Below, in pieces: positions 41,785 to 46,261 of a DNA stretch of 46,261 bases (position 1 is the stretch's first letter; every line of letters starts with the position of its first letter). Source of the stretch: Thermoplasmata archaeon (GTDB lineage: Archaea; Thermoplasmatota; Thermoplasmata; Lutacidiplasmatales; UBA184); NCBI GenBank assembly GCA_030039715.1, contig JASHVA010000033.1:1-46261 (forward strand). Direction: 5' to 3'. Position numbers and translations under genes: made by a program. The notes beneath the pieces are model-generated. The model was not told where the DNA came from. It saw only the letters and a list, made by a program, of their open reading frames with translations, and did not search any database.

Positions 41785-42168
41785 ATGGCCACGAAGAGAA
41801 CCGTCGTGATCGCGGCGCTCGGAGCGGTCGTCGGCGTGCTCGTGCTCGCCCTGGCGCTCGGCTCGGCATTCGCCGCGGAGACGTCGGTCCACACCGACGC
41901 CGCGAGCGCGACCGCGGGCGACAACGCGACGTGCCCGACCCGCAACGACACCGGGAACACGACCGGCAACGCGAGCGCCCCGCCACCGCCCCCACCGCCG
42001 CCCCCGCCCCCTCCCCCGCCCCCTCGGGGCGAGAACGGGACGGGTAACTACACCGGCAACGAGACCGGCAATGCGACCGGTCCCGTCCCCGGCTGCGGCG
42101 GCGCGGGCGGGCCGCCCGGCGGATGCGGCAACATGAGCGCCGCGGCGGCGACCCGGGACGACACGTAG
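41785..42168 (+). CDS. Small secreted / anchored protein with a 15-Pro run and tandem N-x-T-G sequons
   Basis: 127 aa. A strong SD, GGAGGTGA, lies 4 nt upstream of the ATG. Signal-like KRTVVIAALGAVVGVLVLALALGSAFA. NDTGNTTGNAS-P15-RGENGTGNYTGNETGNATG. Two C-terminal GC motifs. Confidence 0.65.
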   Translation: MATKRTVVIAALGAVVGVLVLALALGSAFAAETSVHTDAASATAGDNATCPTRNDTGNTTGNASAPPPPPPPPPPPPPPPRGENGTGNYTGNETGNATGPVPGCGGAGGPPGGCGNMSAAAATRDDT

Positions 42169-42224
42169 CGGGCTCGGCCGAACCCCTTCGGGGCGCCGGG
42201 AGGCGCCCCCCTCCCGGCGCCCGT

Positions 42225-42686
42225 TCACTCGAGACTGAGCGTGAGGAAGACCACGAGGGCCACGGTTTCGAGCGCCGCGCCCACGGACAGGAATCCGCCG
42301 AGGTTTCCCGGGCTGAGACCGAAGAGGGCGAAGACGAACGGCGAGCTCGCGACCGTCTCGATGAGGAGCGCTCCGAGGAAGACGACCAGGCCGAGCGCGA
42401 ACTGGGCGCGGGTTTCGGTGTACGTCCGGAGATAGACCGCGAGCAACGCGACGAGGAGGGCGCAGTCGATCGCCGATAGCATCGCGAAGAGCTCGGCGAC
42501 GGCGAGGGGCGCCGGCGGGCCGTGCGGCGGAGGGCCACCGGGGCCACCCTTCACCGGCCACAGGACGATCTCCACGAGCCCGACCACGACGCCGAGCGCG
42601 AGCACGATCGGCACCCAGGGCCACGCGCCCCACGACCGCCTCGCTCCGTCGGAGTTGCCCGCGCTCGCCGCGTTCGCTTCCGTCAT
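42225..42686 (-). CDS. Integral membrane protein (about 4 TM), partner of the upstream wHTH regulator
   Basis: 153 aa with hydrophobic helices. ATGA overlap with the regulator stop at 42683-42686. Confidence 0.7.
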   Translation of the reverse strand: MTEANAASAGNSDGARRSWGAWPWVPIVLALGVVVGLVEIVLWPVKGGPGGPPPHGPPAPLAVAELFAMLSAIDCALLVALLAVYLRTYTETRAQFALGLVVFLGALLIETVASSPFVFALFGLSPGNLGGFLSVGAALETVALVVFLTLSLE

Positions 42687-42973
42687 CGTTTCGCCTTCCG
42701 TTCGAGGATGTGTTCGAGGTCGGCCCAGCGGGCCTCGAGCGTCGCCGAGACCGAGTAGACCTGCCCGTAGTGCTCCCCCGTCGTCTCGACCAGGTGGTTC
42801 GCGAGGAGCACGCGCAGGTGGTGGCGCACGGTCGTGTAGTCGAGACCGAGCGTGGTCGCGAGCTGCTGGGCGTTCCGCGGCTCGCGGCGGAGCGCCCGGA
42901 GGACCGCCGCCCTCGTCGGCGCGCCCGCGCTACTGCCGAGCAGCCACCACAGGAGCCGCGTGAAGCTGTCCAC
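42683..42973 (-). CDS. ArsR-like winged-helix transcriptional regulator
   Basis: GTG 42973 gives (M)DSFTRLLWWLLGSSAGAPTRAAVLRALRREPRNAQQLATTLGLDYTTVRHHLRVLLANHLVE, an HTH plus wing. The rest of the 382-aa track ORF runs across a tRNA and the SRPBCC gene in another frame and is artefact. Confidence 0.8.
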   Translation of the reverse strand: MDSFTRLLWWLLGSSAGAPTRAAVLRALRREPRNAQQLATTLGLDYTTVRHHLRVLLANHLVETTGEHYGQVYSVSATLEARWADLEHILERKAKR

Positions 42974-43218
42974 CGGAACCGGGGCCGGGATGGTGGCGCG
43001 CCGTACTTTACTTTGCGAGCCGGCCGCGACGGCCCCGAGCGGGGCGGACGACGTTCGACCGACGTGGGCGGGGAGCACGGGGGGACCCGACCGGTGGGAA
43101 GTCGCCGGACGCTCTTGGGAATCCTCCCAAATCTCTCCCGAATCGGCGCGCGACCCGGGGCGCCGGGGTGCGGCGGTTCCGACAGGGATAAGAGCGGGTC
43201 GTCGGTGGCCGCCCGCAC

Positions 43219-43291
43219 GGGCGCGTAGTCTAGTGGTTATGACGTCACCCTGACACGGTGAAGGTCGCCAGTTCGAATCTGGCCGCGCCCA
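43219..43291 (+). tRNA. tRNA-Val (anticodon GAC), no encoded CCA
   Basis: Hand-folded. Acceptor GGGCGCG/CGCGCCC. D arm has AGTGGTT. Anticodon arm TCACC-CTGACAC-GGTGA. T arm GCCAG-TTCGAAT-CTGGC. Discriminator A. TATA-like GGATAAGAG about 30 nt upstream. Confidence 0.92.
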
Positions 43292-43326
43292 CCTGACCCC
43301 GCTCGATTCCGCCCGGAGCGCTCTCG

Positions 43327-43803
43327 TCACTCGGGAGGGGGCGGCCCGCTCTGGGCCCGCTCCCGCAGTCGGTCGAGCCACATCTGATGGAAGTCGCTCA
43401 TATGACGGGGTCGGACCGCGTGGTTGAGCCGCGGGAGGACGCCGTTCTGCGACTCCTCGGTGAGGACGTGGCAGCCGTCGGCCCTCCGCTCGATCAGCCA
43501 GGCGTGGTAGACGTCGAGCCCCCCGGCCCGTCCGTTCCACGCGAGCCGCTCGGGGGGAGCGAACTCCTCGACCCGAGAGCGGAGCGAGACGCCGAACGTC
43601 TTCCAGGAGAACTCGCTGCCGGCGCGGAGCTCCGCGCCGCCGTCGGCGAGCGCCACGTGGTGGGAGTTCGGGTACCAGCTCGGCCAGAGGGGGGCGCGGA
43701 CCAGCCAGGCCCAGACGACCTCGGGCGCGGCCGGGATGTCGATCTCGTTCCGCACGTGGACGGCCGCCCGGTCCGGACGGTACCGCTCGGGCCAGTGGAT
43801 CAC
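43327..43803 (-). CDS. SRPBCC (START/Bet v1/polyketide cyclase-like) superfamily protein
   Basis: 158 aa. ..VHVRNEIDIPAAPEVVWAWLVRAPLWPSWYPNS.. is the typical SRPBCC N-terminal pattern. Confidence 0.75.
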   Translation of the reverse strand: MIHWPERYRPDRAAVHVRNEIDIPAAPEVVWAWLVRAPLWPSWYPNSHHVALADGGAELRAGSEFSWKTFGVSLRSRVEEFAPPERLAWNGRAGGLDVYHAWLIERRADGCHVLTEESQNGVLPRLNHAVRPRHMSDFHQMWLDRLRERAQSGPPPPE

Positions 43804-43877
43804 GTGCTAGGGCATGACACGCCCGGCTCATCCCCTTTACGCCGGACTCACCGGCTTGACCCGTCGCGCCGGACGGC

Positions 43878-45269
43878 CTAGCCGGACCGCTTCAGCGCCT
43901 GCACGAGCTTCGCGACGACCTGCTGCGCATCCCCGTAGAGCATCCGGCAGTTGTCCTTGTAGAAGAGGTCGTTCTCGATCCCCGCGAACCCCTTCCCCTG
44001 GCCGCGCTTGATGACGAGCACGTTCTTCGCCTGGTCGACGTCGAGGATCGGCATCCCCTGGAGCGGGCTCCCGGCGCGGCGCGCCGCCGGGTTCACGACG
44101 TCGTTCGCCCCGATCACGAGGACGACGTCCGTGTTCGCGAACTCCGGGTTGATCTCGTCGCGGTCGTAGAGCTTGTCGTAGCTGATGCCGGCCTCGGCGA
44201 GGAGGACGTTCATGTGGCCGGGCATGCGGCCCGCGACCGGGTGGATCGCGAACTTCACGCTCACGCCCTTCGCCTCGAGGAGGTCGGAGAGCTCCCTCAC
44301 CTTCCCCTGCGCCTGGGCGACCGCCATCCCGTACCCGGGCGCGATCACGACCTGATTCGCGTACGCCATCAGGACCGCGGCGTCCTCGACCTCGATCGGC
44401 TTCATCGTGCCCTGGACCGTGACGCCCGTCTCCTCGGTCGCGCCGAACGCACCGAAGACGACGTTCGAGATCGACCGGTTCATCGCCCGCGCCATGAGCA
44501 CGGTCAGGAGCGAGCCGGCCGCGCCGACGAGCACGCCCGCGATCACCATCGCGTAGCCCGCGTCGCCAAGCGGGCCGTTGACGAGCGCGAAGCCGTCGAG
44601 CGCGACCGCGATCCCCGTGAGGGCGTTGAACATGCTGATCACGACCGGCATGTCGGCGCCGCCGATCGGGAGCGTCAGCAGGATCCCGTAGAGGAGGAGC
44701 AGGAGGAAGAACGGCAGGAGGAAGATCGTCTCGACGCGCACGACGGAGTAGACGCCGAAGGCGACGCCGACGACCAGGATCGCGAGGTTCACCGGCTGGC
44801 GGGCCGGGAGCACGATCGGCTTCTGGCGCATCCAGCCCTGGAGCTTCAGGAACGCGATGACGCTCCCCGCGATCGAGATCGACCCGATCACCGCCCCCGC
44901 GACGCTGAGGCCGGCGTCGGCGGGGTTATTCAGCGACGAGAGCAGGACGACGCCCGCGATCGCGGCCGCCGCGCCGCCGCCCATCCCGTTGAAGACGGCG
45001 ACCATCTGGGGCATCGCCGTCATCTGGACGACCCGGGCCCAGTAGTAGCCGATCCCGCCGCCGACGATGACGCCGACGGCGATCAGGAGGAAGTTCGAGA
45101 GGCCGGGGCTGAAGAACGTCGCGACGACCGCGGCGAGCATCGCCGCGCCGGCGTAGACGATCCCGCGCCGGGCCGTCTCGGGCGAGCTCATCGCCTTGAG
45201 GCCGAGGATGAAGGCGAGGACCGCGACGACGTAGACCGCGTCGATGACGGTGCCGACCCACGCGGTCAC
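43878..45269 (-). CDS. pntB: NAD(P) transhydrogenase subunit beta
   Basis: 463 aa. Polytopic N-half, then the dIII NADP(H) domain (VIAPGYGMAVAQAQ, HPVAGRMPGHMNVLLAEA, IGANDVVNPAA). Confidence 0.95.
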   Translation of the reverse strand: MTAWVGTVIDAVYVVAVLAFILGLKAMSSPETARRGIVYAGAAMLAAVVATFFSPGLSNFLLIAVGVIVGGGIGYYWARVVQMTAMPQMVAVFNGMGGGAAAAIAGVVLLSSLNNPADAGLSVAGAVIGSISIAGSVIAFLKLQGWMRQKPIVLPARQPVNLAILVVGVAFGVYSVVRVETIFLLPFFLLLLLYGILLTLPIGGADMPVVISMFNALTGIAVALDGFALVNGPLGDAGYAMVIAGVLVGAAGSLLTVLMARAMNRSISNVVFGAFGATEETGVTVQGTMKPIEVEDAAVLMAYANQVVIAPGYGMAVAQAQGKVRELSDLLEAKGVSVKFAIHPVAGRMPGHMNVLLAEAGISYDKLYDRDEINPEFANTDVVLVIGANDVVNPAARRAGSPLQGMPILDVDQAKNVLVIKRGQGKGFAGIENDLFYKDNCRMLYGDAQQVVAKLVQALKRSG

Positions 45270-45568
45270 GGAGGGCCCTCCTTCCGCTTCGTCCGGTCGA
45301 ACATCGCGAGGATCCGCTCCGTGACGGCGTAGCCGCCCGTCACGTTCATCGCGCCCATGATCACGGCCACGAGGCCGATCGCCTGCTCGAGCGGGGTCTG
45401 CGCGATGCCGAGGGCGACGATCGCGCCGACGAGCACGATCCCGTGGATGAAGTTCGAGCCGCTCATGAGCGGCGTGTGGAGGAGGACCGGCACGCGGCCG
45501 ATCACCTCGTAGCCGGTGAACGCGGCGAGGATCGCGATGAAGAGCGCCGTCCAGAGGTCCGCGGCCAT
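45266..45568 (-). CDS. pntA: NAD(P) transhydrogenase subunit alpha part 2 (membrane)
   Basis: 100 aa, 3-4 TM. LHTPLMSGSNFIHGIVLVGA motif. ATGA overlap with pntB. Confidence 0.9.
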   Translation of the reverse strand: MAADLWTALFIAILAAFTGYEVIGRVPVLLHTPLMSGSNFIHGIVLVGAIVALGIAQTPLEQAIGLVAVIMGAMNVTGGYAVTERILAMFDRTKRKEGPP

Positions 45569-46261
45569 CTACTTCGCCCCCGCGAGGAGGTCGGCCGTCG
45601 GCTTGTGGGTCACCGCTCCGTCCGCGGTGAGCCGGCTCGCGACGAGGATCTCGTCCGTGAAGCTCCCGACGAGGTTGCCGGACTTATCGACAAGGAGCGT
45701 GAGGAACGCCTCGAGGTTCTTCGCGAACATCAGGCTCGCGTGGAACGGGATCTCGCCGGGGAGGTTGAGCGGGCCGACGATCTGGACCCCGCCCGCGTCG
45801 ACGCGCTCCCCCGGCTTCGTGAGCTCGCAGTTCCCCCCGCTCTCGGCCGCGAGGTCGACGATTACCGCACCGGGGCGCATCCGCGCGACCATCTCCTTCC
45901 GAACGAGGAGCGGGGCGCGGCGACCGGGCACGTTCGCCGTCGTGATCACGACGTCCGCGTCGCCGATCGCCTTCGCGAGCATCTCCGCTTCCTGCTTCTT
46001 CTCCTCGTCCGTGAGCTCGCGGGCGTAGCCGCCCTGGCCCTCGGCATTGATCTGGAGCTCGAGGAACTTCGCGCCGAGGCTGCGGACCTGCTCGCCCGCC
46101 GCGCGCCGGACGTCGTACGCCTCGACGAGGGCGCCGAGCCGCTTCGACGTCGCGATCGCCATGAGACCCGCGACGCCGGCCCCGAGGATCAGCACCTTCG
46201 CGGGGCGGATCGTCCCGGCGGCGGTCGTGAGCATCGGCAGGAACTTCGGGCAGAGCTCGGC
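45569..46261 (-). CDS. pntA: NAD(P) transhydrogenase subunit alpha part 1 (dI); 5' end outside the window
   Basis: VLILGAGVAGLMAIATSKRLGA Rossmann motif, VVITTANVPGRRAP, VIVDLAAESGGNCE. The frame stays open to the window edge upstream of the track's ATG at 46234. Confidence 0.9.
   Translation of the reverse strand, partial: AELCPKFLPMLTTAAGTIRPAKVLILGAGVAGLMAIATSKRLGALVEAYDVRRAAGEQVRSLGAKFLELQINAEGQGGYARELTDEEKKQEAEMLAKAIGDADVVITTANVPGRRAPLLVRKEMVARMRPGAVIVDLAAESGGNCELTKPGERVDAGGVQIVGPLNLPGEIPFHASLMFAKNLEAFLTLLVDKSGNLVGSFTDEILVASRLTADGAVTHKPTADLLAGAK

Noticed and set aside
38362-41969. Minus-strand ORFs 38362..40056 (564 aa) and 39993..41969 (658 aa), and the plus-strand 893-aa fusion 38994..41675
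   Set aside because: The first two are antisense to dnaG and the Lon-like gene. The third is an out-of-frame read through dnaG that joins the Lon-like frame. The real Lon-like start is at 40098/40128.
43124-43144. Adjacent direct repeats CTCCCAAATC / CTCCCGAATC between the wHTH gene and tRNA-Val
   Set aside because: There are only two 10-nt copies, with one mismatch, about 150 nt from the regulator start. That is too little to call an operator, though it could be revisited if the motif recurs genome-wide.
1-46261. Search for CRISPR arrays, IS elements, integrases, toxin-antitoxin or known defence systems, rRNA genes and prophage signatures
   Set aside because: I saw no regularly spaced direct repeats, no transposase/integrase/recombinase-like ORFs, and no terminal inverted repeats. 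GC content and gene orientation look uniform. The two tRNAs are not flanked by integrase genes or partial tRNA duplications. The window reads as core chromosome rather than a mobile or defence island.

Overview
Very GC-rich archaeal chromosomal segment. Lineage markers are the PolD small subunit, archaeal DnaG, ribosomal protein S8e, SRP19, a GPN-loop GTPase, pyruvoyl arginine decarboxylase and short AT-rich TATA-like islands about 25-40 nt upstream of starts. I call about 58 protein genes and two tRNAs: tRNA-Pro(GGG), hidden inside a track ORF, and tRNA-Val(GAC). Most long ORFs in the track are antisense or alternate-frame artefacts of the GC content. Many real starts are internal ATG/GTG/TTG codons, which I mapped by hand. 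Content falls into three groups. (1) Housekeeping and central metabolism: KorAB, MoaDE, ADP-forming acetyl-CoA synthetase, Mrp, RNase HII, RlmE, MDH, PanE, PGK, PntAB. (2) An aerobic respiration island at about 14.3-26 kb: TatA/TatC/TatB-like, Rieske, cytochrome b, CoxI, CtaA and CtaB on one strand with start/stop overlaps. It also carries a split CoxII and two membrane-anchored blue-copper proteins. (3) A replication-related neighbourhood: PolD DP1, an unknown 222-aa protein, DnaG and a Lon-like AAA+ ATPase without a protease domain. I saw no CRISPR array, transposase, integrase or recognisable defence system. The points most worth a second look are: two conserved genes (rnhB, xpd) whose conserved N-termini lie upstream of any canonical start codon; CoxII split exactly at a junction that a +1 shift would heal; a CBS-ParB/Srx fusion in a heptose-activation operon; and the protease-less, zinc-ribbon Lon-like ATPase. 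All functional calls rest on motif recognition by eye. No database search was run.
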